The translations under genes and the position numbers were made by a program. Under the pieces are notes generated by a model. The model was given only the letters and a program-made list of their open reading frames with translations. It made no database searches and was not told the origin of the DNA. A DNA stretch of 64,000 nt from Lingula anatina (lineage: Eukaryota; Animalia; Brachiopoda), in the NCBI GenBank assembly GCA_051362555.1, contig CM120643.1, positions 10,478,001-10,542,000 of the forward strand, given 5' to 3'. Positions 12,489 to 24,788 of this stretch are shown in pieces. Each line of letters begins with the position of its first letter. Positions within the stretch are counted from its first letter, which is position 1.

Positions 12489-12831
12489 CAACATATAATT
12501 TATTGAATGTAAATTCGAATACATGAAGGTAATCACAAGAACGTGAATCTCTATCAAGAAAAATGTATCAATGCTCTTTTTGCTTGACTTTAGCTTCATA
12601 TTTTCATTTAAACACACATTTATGTTCACATTTTTTGGTAATGATAAACTGCAGAATTTAAAAATAATTACGTATATTATTTTGTTTGGTCATTCATTAA
12701 TCTTTTTTACCCTTGCAAGATCAAGATTTAATTTGGGAATTTTGAGAAAAATTTCGAGAAAAGGTTTTCCAAGTGGCCGCCGAGTCATTGGAGTGATAAT
12801 CTACATGGAGAAAAAGAAAAGGGGTGTCATT

Positions 12832-12948
12832 ATGCGGTCATCTTGGAACAGTATCACATGGACATGTCTGGTCTTGATGAGCTTGACCATTGGTCACGTG
12901 GATCATTTTTCCTATCGCCCCGCAAGTGCTGATGGACTCGGAAATGCG
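12832..12948 (+). other. Candidate orphan first exon encoding a signal-peptide-like N-terminus
   Basis: ATG...MRSSWNSITWTCLVLMSLTIGHVDHFSYRPASADGLGNA followed by a consensus donor GCG|GTGAGT; no downstream exons found. Confidence 0.3.
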
Positions 12949-13083
12949 GTGAGTGCAATTATGTTTAGAAATGTCTATCTCCGCCCTATAAGTAAACGAT
13001 TTCTTTGAGCTGTTGAATTGCAGTGTTGTTACGACCACGTGTTATGCACAGCTTTTGGAATAAATCTCATTGAAAATTTCAGC

Positions 13084-13215
13084 GTCTGTCCTGGCTACTA
13101 AAAGCTGTAAGGGGATAATTAACTGTCGCGCGCTTGACTGACTGCAATTTAGCGTGAACCCCCAGGGAGTTAGGTCGATCCGGATGGATCGATCTAAATC
13201 TCTGGGAATGCACTC
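13084..13215. mobile_element. Truncated copy of a Harbinger-type MITE family (TTCCCATAGATTTTAGATCGATC termini)
   Basis: Shares gcgtgaacccccagggagttaggtcgatc...gatcgatctaaa with 29009-29213 and 62563-62995; ends ...gggaatgcactc-TAA. Confidence 0.7.
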
Positions 13216-13784
13216 TAATACAGTATGGCCTCAAGACTTGTTTGTATAAGTCGGGGTGGGGACATATTGCATAAGTATCGAATTTTTAGCAATTTTGAAC
13301 CACTGTCGTTCTTTGTCATCATACCAATGAAGCATTGTCTCAATCGATTTACCACAGTAATGAATATGTTCCACCTTGCACGATTGAAAAAAAAATGGAC
13401 AGCCAGTTTAAGAACGCATTGCCTCAATCACTGAACAGAAGACATCACTGAGTCTCTTTGACAAGTAAAAACATACAAATGCTTTGTAAAAAAGTTTAAA
13501 AACTGGCTTTATTATTGGCGTGAAGAGTGTCTCTTATATTCTTCAAACTAAATGTTTTAATTTTATTTATTTAAACGTCAGTCTACGATTGTACATTGAA
13601 ATCGGACAAGACAAAACAAAACTAAACCATTGATCTTGTCACATAACCTTTGAATGAATTTAGTCCAACTGGATAAAAATTTTATCATTATGAAAAGGAA
13701 AAGACTGAGTTCATTTTGTGGAATTTAATTCCGACGATTTGCAAGATTTATCTTCAGTTTGATTTATCACCACGTAGAGTTACA

Positions 13785-15873
13785 CTAGTGCCGTCCTGCC
13801 ATTGCCCTTGCTCTAGCTTGCGCCATCGCGGCTCTGGCCTTGGCCAACGCTCTTCCTCTCGCTAACGCTCTAGCTTTAGCTGCTGCAGCCGCTCTTGCCA
13901 TCGCTCTTGCCTTAGCTTGAGCTCTTGCTTTTGAAGCAGCCTCAGCCCTCGCCAATTCCAGCGTTCTCTCGTTGATGCCCAGCAAAGCTTCGTACGATTC
14001 AATGTCGAAGATACAGTCGTACACTGCAATATCTTTTATTTCCTTCCAGTTTATATTGTTCCCTATGCCAACAACGCAAATTTCTACTCCTGAAATAAAG
14101 TAGAAAGAGATTTATTTCAATCTCCAATATTAAGTGTTATTATTAAAATGCAAAGGCGAGATAGCACCTTAGCCAGTTTAAGAACGCATTGTGCCTCTTT
14201 TGTAAAAGAGAAATTATATATTCCCATTTTAGACTTGAATTTTTCTATTTTATTATTATTTTTTTCGATGTAGGGTGCGTTCAGATTCACACATCGTGCC
14301 AGTACTAGCTAGAACTTAGCAGGGAATTCCTGCTAAATTGCAATCAATGGAATCAGCTTAATCAGCACGCCATAGCTGATTACATGTACCCCCTAGCTGC
14401 TGGAGTAGGCGCGTCATACAATTAAGCTGATTCCACTAACTGTACTTAAGCGAGAATCCCCCTCAAAGTTGGACCGACCCAGATAGTACGATGTGTGAAT
14501 CTGAATGCGGTCACAGTAATATGTTTTAGAGAATCATATTTGAAGCGTTTAAGAAAAACAGTAAAAACAGTATGGGTAATAGAAGTTTTAGATTTCCAAC
14601 AAGTGTCAAGTCAAAGATGTGTGCATGAGTGTCAGGATTCAAGTTATTTAACTATTTGAACTTCAAAGATGTCCTAATTAAAGACTCTTAATATAAAGAA
14701 AACGTAGATCACTTCTCTAGAAAAATTTTAAGTCTCGCGAGATCAGTAAAATTGTTAGGTGAAAGCCACACACTTGCATGTCCCAGTTAATGATTATTTA
14801 TCAAGCTACTACTGTACTTTTGTGAATGTCATACTGCGTGTTGATAGTGAATTAACCACTTACCATTCTTCTTCAGCTCGTCTGCTGGGATTTTTGGATT
14901 CCCGCCTCTGTTTGACTGCCCGTCAGTTATGACCCACACTACTTTCACATTTTCCCTCACTCCATATTGATCAAAATGTTTCTTGGCCAATCTCAGTGCA
15001 TCAGCCGTAGCTGTGGAACCGCCTAATATACGGATACAAATAAGGTACAAATTAGATTTCGAAAAAAATGTACATGTAATTAAAAAAAAAAGCCGTTTTT
15101 CAACAAATTACCATTCAAAATTTCATCATCTTATTTTGAGTATTATTTGAACCTTGTTGCACAGTTTACGTCATATTAGAATATAAACCTCAAAAATGTC
15201 AACATTAGCATTTAGTTTGAAATTTCATTTTAACAGTGGGACTATTTATTTTAGAAAATTCGCCCTCAGCGTTTTGTTTTAAAGATACCGTATTTAAAGC
15301 GAATATTTACTGCCTTACCATTGTCGTAATCGATTTTCCCGACTGCTGCTTTGATGGCCGCTGCACTACTATATTGGCGTAGAGTGAACTCCACATGAGT
15401 TTTGGCCGGAGATGAAAATTCTATCAGTCCAACGTGGGTTCCTGATGGGGTAGTCTTCGTCTTCAAATCAATTACGTCCACTTGTACCTGTGTTTTGAAA
15501 AAAAAAAAAAAAACGTTTATAAGATGGTAAGGGCTGATAGTTTGATTTACTTTCTAAATGTACAGTCGCAATGTAGGTGATGCATATATCAGATACAGAC
15601 ACTTAAGGAAACCGACATTTAATATTAATCTTACTGAAATTCCTTTCAAGATCTGGACACTGATAAAAATAATTCCGTAGCTTTCGTTGTGATGCCCGAT
15701 GTGCAAATTTCATACATCTTATTCCTTCATAGTATCTTTTCGTGGAAAAATTCTTATTGCACATTAACGCATCACCCAGGATCGATTTTCAATAATGTTC
15801 TTGCATAAATAATTGAAGTGTGTAAATAATTTTTTGATGATATATCAGTTTATCGATAAATTAATTAATAAGT

Positions 15874-15904
<31 letters not shown>

Positions 15905-16269
15905 TATACCAAGCTATAGCTTACCTGTATCCCTTTCTTCGCCTTGTCAAAATGCTCAGATCCAATACTACCGCTGCTGTCCAGAACGTACAGGAAATCC
16001 AGATTGGGGGTCACGTAGGTAGTTGTTGCCCCCCTTGATGTTCCCCTTGGCCCTGCCGGTCCTCTTACAGAGGGGCCACCGGGACCTGCCGGTGTCCAAT
16101 GACACAGAGAGATTTTTAGTCGGATCACCGACCTGCTGACTCTGTGTGTGGGAAGCCTGAATGGAATTATGTAACGTCAAGGTTGGATGACAAGTTATCA
16201 GAGATGTTAGAATAATTGCCATCCATACTGTAAGTTGAAAAGTACAGACAGATATTCCTTTGGCAGCAT
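13785..16269 (-). CDS. Single VWA-domain protein with short Gly/Pro linker and Ala/Arg-rich C-terminal tail
   Basis: Exons 16269-16229, 16156-15925, 15487-15319, 15022-14864, 14089-13785, all phase-compatible. MIDAS motif LDFLYVLDSSGSIG; further VWA motifs VGLIEFS, GGSTATADAL, WVITDGQSN, ICVVGIG. TATA-like TATAAG ~50 bp upstream of the ATG; AATAAA (minus strand) near 13510. Exon 1 is less certain than the others. Confidence 0.85.
14273..14512. mobile_element. Harbinger-like MITE in the last VWA intron
   Basis: TIR gcgttcagattcacacatcgt ... acgatgtgtgaatctgaatgc; internal inverted ggaatcagcttaat/attaagctgattcc. Confidence 0.7.
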
Positions 16270-17394
16270 GGGACGGTGAAGACGGCAGAGATACTGAGGA
16301 TAAGAGACACTTGTTTTACTTATATGGAAGATGTTTGCCTCCAAGACATTTCATGCTGATGCCATTTGATCTGGGGAATAAAACGGATGATAAATCTTGA
16401 TGCAATAGGGAGCGAACAACCACGTGGCCACTGACGAAAAAGATGGTCATTTCCACCAGGTTGGGAACAGTTTATCTTTGTCTTTTGATTTTGGTATGGA
16501 TAATGACACTTTGTGGAATTGTTGAAGGTTGGGATTCAAGTGGAGGGGCTTACAACGAACGCGGTAGTAGCATAATGTTGATGTTGTACAGTAAATGGAA
16601 GACAGGCGTATTTATGATAGTCAGGATATGCGTCACCAAGAAACTAGTGATAAAAAGAATTGTGACTGACTTACATGTAAGTGAAACTGTGCTATTATTG
16701 TCGTTCAACCGAGTTATTACACCATCCATGCAATCTCATTTTTTGTCCTAAGAATCAATTACTTCCCATACCTTCGTGTGACTAGATTCATACCATATAG
16801 TACATAGCAGTAAATAGATTCTTCTTGAGAAAAAGATTACTGTTATCTGTATTGGTTTATATAATTGTAATGTGAATAAATTTGTTTAAAATATTGAATT
16901 CTTTCATCATCTGTATACACGTGGTCGACTTGTCGTCGTATTGTAAAATTGCTTTATTTATTTTACCCAAAAATGCCTCCAAATTTTGAACAAGCAATCG
17001 CGTTGCATCTATCATTCAGCAGTTAGATAAAATTTACCGAGTCTTGGTTTTAATAGTCGTAACCTCATAAACGCTTTCTAAAATAGAAAAAAATCCTAGC
17101 TATACTGTTGACTGATATTACCTTTAAAATAATTATTTCTTGAAACTGCTTAACTACGCTGCATTGTTAATTTCAGTTCAGTTCAATGTTCATTTGAATT
17201 TTTTTAATCTTTTAATCCCGCCTCATTATTTTTTAAATAAATTTATCCCAAACGTTAATTTTATCCGTACCTTCTACGATCAGATCACACTAGAATCGAA
17301 CAGAACAAAAAATCTTGTGTAAAGAAATTTTGATAAAATTTGTCCAAAAAAGTCAAGTCGCCGATAAGAACTAAAAACGCGGGGTGAAAATTTG

Positions 17395-17910
17395 GGTGGG
17401 CTACCGGGTGAATAGAGGAAGCGCTGACATGTCAGACTGAGAACCTGAAGTTACAGGATTGATTCCCAAATATGGTAAATTTTTGTTAAAAAAACGAGTA
17501 TTCGTACCATAACTATAAAGGTGAGAAACAAAGTTTAGGGTGGGTGGTTGGGTGAATAGAGCAACTGGTAACGTTGCTGACTGCAAACCAGAAGGTTACA
17601 GGATCGATTCCTAAACACGACACATTTTTGTGAAATAAAAGAGTTTTAGTCCCATAACTATAAAGGGAAGATGCAAAGTTTAGGGTGGGTGGTTGGGTGA
17701 ATAGAGCAACTGGTAACGTTGCAGACTGTGGACCAGAAGGTTACAGGATCGAGTCCCATGGAACATTCATTTTGTAGAAAAAAGAATTGGACCTCATTGA
17801 CTATAAAGGTTTCGTTTAAATTTGCGCGAAATTCTTTGGGGCCAATGGCTCAGTTGGTACCACAACCGATTCTAAAGTTATAGAAAAAAGAATAGGAGAT
17901 CGAAATGGAC
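17395..17910 (+). repeat. Tandem array (period 143-145 bp, 4 units) of tRNA-like pseudogene units
   Basis: Units start at 17406, 17550, 17695 and 17838. Each has an A-box-like tagagcaactggta/tggctcagttggta, an anticodon-like loop and a B-box-like ggatcgattcc, followed by an AT-rich spacer with cataactataaagg. Confidence 0.65.
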
Positions 17911-18301
17911 AAAATCAGATGAAACTTTTTAAAATCGTTATTCAAATAATACTAAGACAAGCACTAGAGAGAAAAATATCAAATCTGAATAATTAAACAA
18001 CGAAGACGTTGAAAGTTGTGAACAGGCTTTATTCGTTTAACTTCAGTGATATTAACGCGCGGCTCAAAACACACAATATCAAGGAAATAGCATTTAATGT
18101 GTTACTACAGAGTACGACAAGCCAAACATCTGAGTTTATTCGGAGTAATCATAAGAATTAAAATTCCCTGTGTAATACAATTAAAATTAACGTGCACACT
18201 CATCCAAACTACAAATCACTACACATATATATATATATCGCAATCGTGGAAAGGCCACTGGTTATCATGATTCTGTACAAGGACAGCCAGAAGTCGCAGA
18301 T

Positions 18302-18334
<33 letters not shown>

Positions 18335-20275
18335 TTCGCAAACAATAGTTCAAAGTTTTAAAGGATTGTAAAATACATGTTTAAACGTTAAATATGTCAA
18401 ATATAGGTTACATATGTTGGTTCAAAAGCTAAAATGGGACAATGTTGCCTTAAACTGTTAAGTGCACAAACTAGACTGACATAATGTACATAGAAAATCT
18501 CATTGAAAAAATTACAACAGACTCGCTCAGTTTTATATATTGGTACAAAATGACGCTGAGAAATATTAACTTTCTGTTGGGATGTTCAGTCAAAAAGTAG
18601 AAATCGTAATTGTAATTGTATAAAAGTAAGCAAGGGTCGACTACAAAATAATACATATTTGCTCCCTGTCGTGCACAGTTTGTGTACTGTCTCGCTTTTA
18701 GAAACCATTTTCTAATACTATGCCATACCTACTTAAAATTGGAAAAGTCAACTGGCAGTAAGACAGTTAGACCTATTATTTCAAAAAAATGTCGATGGAA
18801 TAGGAAGCGAAACGGAGTGTTCTGGCATGCAAATTTTCAAATAACCAAACCCGTTTTGAAATCTGGCACATTCTCTCACGTTAGGATTCGCCGATGACCC
18901 AAATTTAAACAAAATTGGTAAAGTGCTTTCTTCGTTTTGGTGGGACAATATGTTACAAATATAGGGGCCATATAGTCATTTGCCTCGGGGTTTTGGCCTT
19001 ACATGCTAGGCAATGCCTACTTACCGTAGTACCATTCAAGGCTGAAATCTAAGGCGAACAGTCACTATAATTCATACATATTCAATAGGCACGTACATAA
19101 TTTGCAAGTAAACCCTTAATAACACAAAAATGTTAAGAAACATATCAATTTTAACTGTTGGATTACAGGCTTCTTTCAAATGTTCACACTCAGGATTATT
19201 GAAATCAAAAGGTGCATTTCGACTGTTGTAACTTCTCCATGGGGACATATCTTCGTCTCTTGAATGCACTGGCGACTGAAATAACATATTTAAAATGAGA
19301 ATTTTAGACACACGAGAAATCATTTATTCCACGGTTTTAATTCAATGCAGTATTTGTTCTCTTTCATATATATAGTGAATACCTTGTGTTTCTTAATTTC
19401 CATATAAGAGTCTATATATATCAAAATTTTAATATTTCAAGACTAGATATCGTCACAATATTTACGAAATACAAATCGAACTGGGCATTCCCGCTGTCTC
19501 TCAGCTTAAACAGATAAACTGCCAAAACTTGGGGGTTACATGTACATTTGTACTGTATAAAGACACCCTGGCATATAATACAATTTTGAAATCCTCCATC
19601 TTATTTCAAAGTTTTGTGCTCATGTATTTCTGCCAGTAACGAGACAAGCTGGTCAATCGAACTGCAAACTGTAAACTACTAGTACATGTACTTACACGTT
19701 GTTGTTGTGGCCGGGAAGAACGGGTATCTTTGAACACACCAGGCACCATATTTTATCCATGAGAATCGTCATTTCGTCCTGAAATCTTTGCCTAACATCA
19801 TGGCTCCCTGAATGAATACTTGTCACTTGCAGTTGGCATAATTTGAATAACAATACTGTAACAGGTCAGGTGGGTCGCAGGCTCATGATTGTGTTAGAGA
19901 AGTTCTACCTGTCCGGGAGCGAGCCGCGCCCGATTTAAAAATACACGCTATTTCGAAGACTTGTGTTTCCAGTTTGTTTTTAGTTTTTCTTGTAATGGAG
20001 ACGTGGATTGGTGAATTTCTAATTAACAGCTCCAATTTGGGTATATACAGAGTAATTTTCTGACTGGTATTAGATAGGCTATACCTTTGTAATTTAGAGA
20101 TCATTACTGAAAATTTCATCTTTAATATCGAAATATTCCTTGCTCAACATGATTAAGACTAATCATTAATTAAAAATGATGGAAAATGCAAGGAAAACCA
20201 TGTAAAAGGTACACTATGTGGGGTTTACCAGCAAAAATGAAATTTCCTCGAAAAAAAAACAAAACAAAAAAAAAA

Positions 20276-20313
<38 letters not shown>

Positions 20314-23300
20314 AAAAACGATTTTTCCTACTAGCAAATCGTTGCTCAAGCCGTTCCTGCATTTAGATTCGATGTTTTACTAATTTTTTTGTTCAACGAT
20401 TGGCCAGTCATTTAGAATGCCATGTCTTTCTGTGCACTTCAGAAGGAAATATCGACGTTAGTTACTTTTATCCGAGGGGTTTTAAAGATTTTAAGGTCTG
20501 AATAGGGAAAAATATGTAGACATTTACATATGATTTTGCGGATTTTTTTTCAAACGCGTACAGTATCCATTTAAGGTCGAAAACAAGGACTGTCAATACT
20601 GCCAAATTTCTTCATAGAGAAATTAGTTATAATAAAAAAAAACTAGTTCTGCTCTGCAGAAGAAAAAAAATGGAACAAGGGCGAGGTATAATAATCATCC
20701 CATATGTTTATTGATACTATGCAGAACAGTTCAGATGAGAATAAATATAAATAAATTATAAATATTATTGAAAGTATAATGCTGAATATATACATTAGTC
20801 AATTTATTAAAAAATAAAGCAGTAAAGCACTTGGTCTATGTAGTAGCTCTAGCTATGCCTGCACAAAATGACATGCGTAATGTTCACATATATATAACAC
20901 ATCTACAAAGCCATGAAATATTCAAGACATGCAATCCAGATATACAGAAAACTATTTCAACTCAGTTAAAGTTTTTCATCAATAAAGATTAACATGTGAA
21001 AGGCCTATACATGTTTCAATATAAATAATATAGGCCTATCGTTATTTAAATATTATTATATACAGAGATTAAAAAATTTATAGCACTAAAACTATATTCA
21101 AAACTGCTGGAACCCAAGCAAATGAATATATGTGTTCTGCAATACATTTAAACTCTTAAAAAAATTCAACTCTCATCTTCAAAAGACCGCAGGCAATGTT
21201 ACAATGAGTTCTACCGCAAAATAACAATTTGAAACATGAGGACCAACGCCACCTATTGTTCATGCAGAGTACTAGTGCGCAGTAAGCAAGTAGTTAAACG
21301 CTACACAAGATGCTGGGCCTCGTCGTCTGCCATATCTGAATAAGAGCGCGCCATAGCTTGGGCGATATGATCCTTTGTGTTCCAGCCGGGCCTGGGGAGA
21401 TGAGGAAGATAATAAATATTATAAAAACGTGTCTGGTAAAAAATGATACGTCTAGTAAACGTTGGGTTTTGTATCTTTAGACATGCAAGGCTGACAATAA
21501 TGAAGGGGAATTCAAACATCCGCGAACTCCAGTTCAAGTTGATAAATACAAGCAACTTACCAGGCCTGAAAAGAATGGACATGGCATATGCTCTAGAATA
21601 TTATGTTAAAACGACATTAAGTATATGCTGTTACGGGGTTAAAACAATCTACAAGTACGACGTTAAGCTACATGTAAAAGTATGACATTAAATGTACGAC
21701 GTAAAACGTTAGTTTCTTTGATGGCAGGTATTATCTTTATAATACGGCATAAAAAATAATATTAAAAATTATGTGAAAACAGACAAATATAAAACAAAAA
21801 CATTGTGGCTATTGAATAGGTAGGCCTACTGTGTGTGTATGGGTAAGCAAGAGTGTATAAGCTAAAGAGGAAGTCCTCCAGTCAGTGATAAAACGAGTTT
21901 AAGAGACAGCAATGAACTCGACATATCTTTTTCGCATTTATTGCTCTTTTTTCTTTTCCATCAATCCCAATTTATTTAATGAATTTGACTCAACTAACAA
22001 ATCTGACTAGCCGCATAAAATGCCATCGTCACTTTCAAGAACGGACTAAATGACACAAACTGGAAATGTTGTATTTCGTGAAATAAACTCAGCAATTCTG
22101 TCGTGTTTATGAGCCAATATTTGAGTCGGCAGTCTTCGTTTGAACAGCAGTCAACTTTGCGTCTCTCTCTCTCCTGAGGTTGGTATTTGAGATAGGCTAC
22201 TCACAACTTTACAAGTCTCCTTTATTTCCGAGGATCCTCTTTAATTCCAAACACATATAGTGCCAATGATTCTTTGCAAATCACTGTTTTATAGATTCTA
22301 GGTTAAACAGCGATTATAGGCTAAATTATTCATTCCTTTGTTATTCATCACAAAAATAGAAAATTAACTGCCAGGGTGCTCTTCACGACAGGATAAGCCA
22401 GACTCGCAGAAGCTGTTTTCTGCGCCATATGTTTACTACCGTGGTAACTGGCTTTGTTATGTCCCATCTGAAATATATTATGGACAATATGATTTAACCA
22501 ATCGTGGGTAATTATGTCGGGCATACCTTGACATGATCACGTACAAGTTTTTAAAACAAAGTTTAAGTTATAGATACTAATTGAATGTTGAATTGTTTTA
22601 CTAAAACTGACTAGATGACTTCCATTGTTGAATAACATATCGTTAAAACGAAATATTCAAATTAAAGGTAGTACAATGTATGTCTTCTCTAAAATACCAA
22701 AGGTAGGAAAATTTACTGCTTTTTCCGTTGGCAAGGTCGTTCATATGTAAATATGTTCTTGTACAGGATGCCATAAAATTTCCCGTAGATTCTGTATTTC
22801 AGGTTATAGGTATCTAATGTGGTTTGCTGTATGGTAAAAACTATATACAATACAATATCAACATTACCTGATAACATGTTTCTTCTGCTCGCTAGTTACA
22901 TAGGTTATCTATCCCAGGATTCGGTCACATAAACAAATTTCGTAACACAAAATATCAAATACGGGGATTTTTGCATACATTGGCCTTGATTACAGAAGGA
23001 CAGGCACCGCGTGGATAAAAAAAATTAGGCGTATTTCATTTCTTCAGCAATGCTTACCAAAAGATTGGTGTTTGATAGAAAATACGCCATGGCTTATCAA
23101 CTCAACACTTGAAATCCGTGAGTATAAAATTTTTTGGTTATATATGCAGAAGCACAGAGTCGTGATTTTTATTGTTGTTGTTTCCGTTTTCGCCTAGGGA
23201 ACCAAATGGTCTTGTTCATTTGAAAATATGCTTGAAGCTAATATAAGCATATGTCGACAAGGCAATCCATTCAAGCCAAAGAGAAATCTAAAATGCAAAT

Positions 23301-24361
23301 ATATGTTTGCTTTCAAGCCTAGACGTGCTGTGTATACAATCGAAACTATTCAGCATTTATTCAGTGATAAAAGTGAGCGACAGAGGCTGGGGGCACCCTT
23401 AGTTTCAGAGAGTTTCTGAAAACTCGGGTCTATCATCTGTAAGTATCTCTGTTGTTTCTCTGTGATCTGATAGAGGCAAATTTCCAATTATCTCTGAAAT
23501 GCAGGGTGACTGGGGGCACTGAGGCAATCACTCGAACTGTGACTTGATGTGTCTGGAATAAAGCGGCAGTCATATGAAGCAAAATTCCGTGATCAACTTA
23601 AGAACCAATTGCAAAGCATTCATATTACCTGTACATTGACTTCCTGAAGACGGGAACTCTTGGATTTACAACTGCTTGAAAAATGCTATACAGTTTACGT
23701 ACAAATTTTGTCACTAGGCGACGTAATGTTTACTCTTTTTGTCAACTAGTAGGCCTTCAGCTTTGTTTTGTATAAGCGATATACAGATGTAGTCGTTTTA
23801 TGGCATAAAAGCACAAGTCCGAACTGACATATTATCTAATATCTTAGAAACGTCCAGGGATGGTGTATCAGTTAAAATATCAATTTTTAGTCAAGCTATA
23901 GCAGGATCAATTGTAGCACAGCAGGAAACCCATACCCACTAGACAAAATAATATCATTCGGTTGTCCCTTCCCCAAAATTGCACTCTGAGACCTACAAAA
24001 TTGCAATCAAGTGTCCGGAAATCTTTTTAATCAGAAAAAACAGAGAGACGTTCAAAGGCGCGGGGAGGCACAAACAAACTCGGTAAGTAATGCAGTATTT
24101 TCTGGTTCCTTTCTAGATTTGTTGAATTTCAATGTAACGTAAGTATAATATACAAAGGTGGCAATTAAATGATCATATTAAAAATTACCGTTTCTACTGG
24201 ATAGGGGATATTACTACAAAAGGCACGGGTGCATGGTGATGGGGCGGAGGGGGTGGACAGGGGTAACAGGTCATACTCAACCCTATCTGATATACATTTA
24301 AGTTTACCAAACAGGACGTGATGGGCAGAATTTGAGTTCATGGGAACAGCCAAGGTGTTTA

Positions 24362-24426
24362 AGGTAGCTGGAAAGGGGCACAGTGCTCCACGATCAGACC
24401 GTCATACTCAGACCGTTCTCTCTCTC

Positions 24427-24457
<31 letters not shown>

Positions 24458-24788
24458 GTAAACACTAATTTGGGAATTATTCATTTTCAATATCAATAAA
24501 AAAATCCACGTTTTAAAAATATAGAGGAACAATTTTTTTAAAGAAAAGTGAAGTCGATTGCGCCACGGCACGGTAGACAAGCCTTCTGTTATTTTAATTA
24601 AAAACAACCCGCTTTGTTACAAGTATAATCGTTTATGTATTTAAGATCTATAATCTTATCATATGATTAAGACCCAAAGGTTTGACATTAAATTTTTAAA
24701 TAAATTAAAACTGCAATCCGATTTTCTTATGAAGGGGCGTGAGCGCGACGACGGTCTGAGCACGCGACTAAGGGACACCTGCAATACC
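24362..24788. mobile_element. Possible degenerate Kolobok-like MITE
   Basis: ttaa-ggta...tacct-caa ends; internal inverted ctcagaccgt/acggtctgag. Confidence 0.3.

Noticed and set aside
17395-17910. Functional tRNA genes (Leu/Cys/His/amber suppressor)
   Set aside because: Acceptor stems do not close and T-loops lack GTTC; treated as tRNA-derived repeats.
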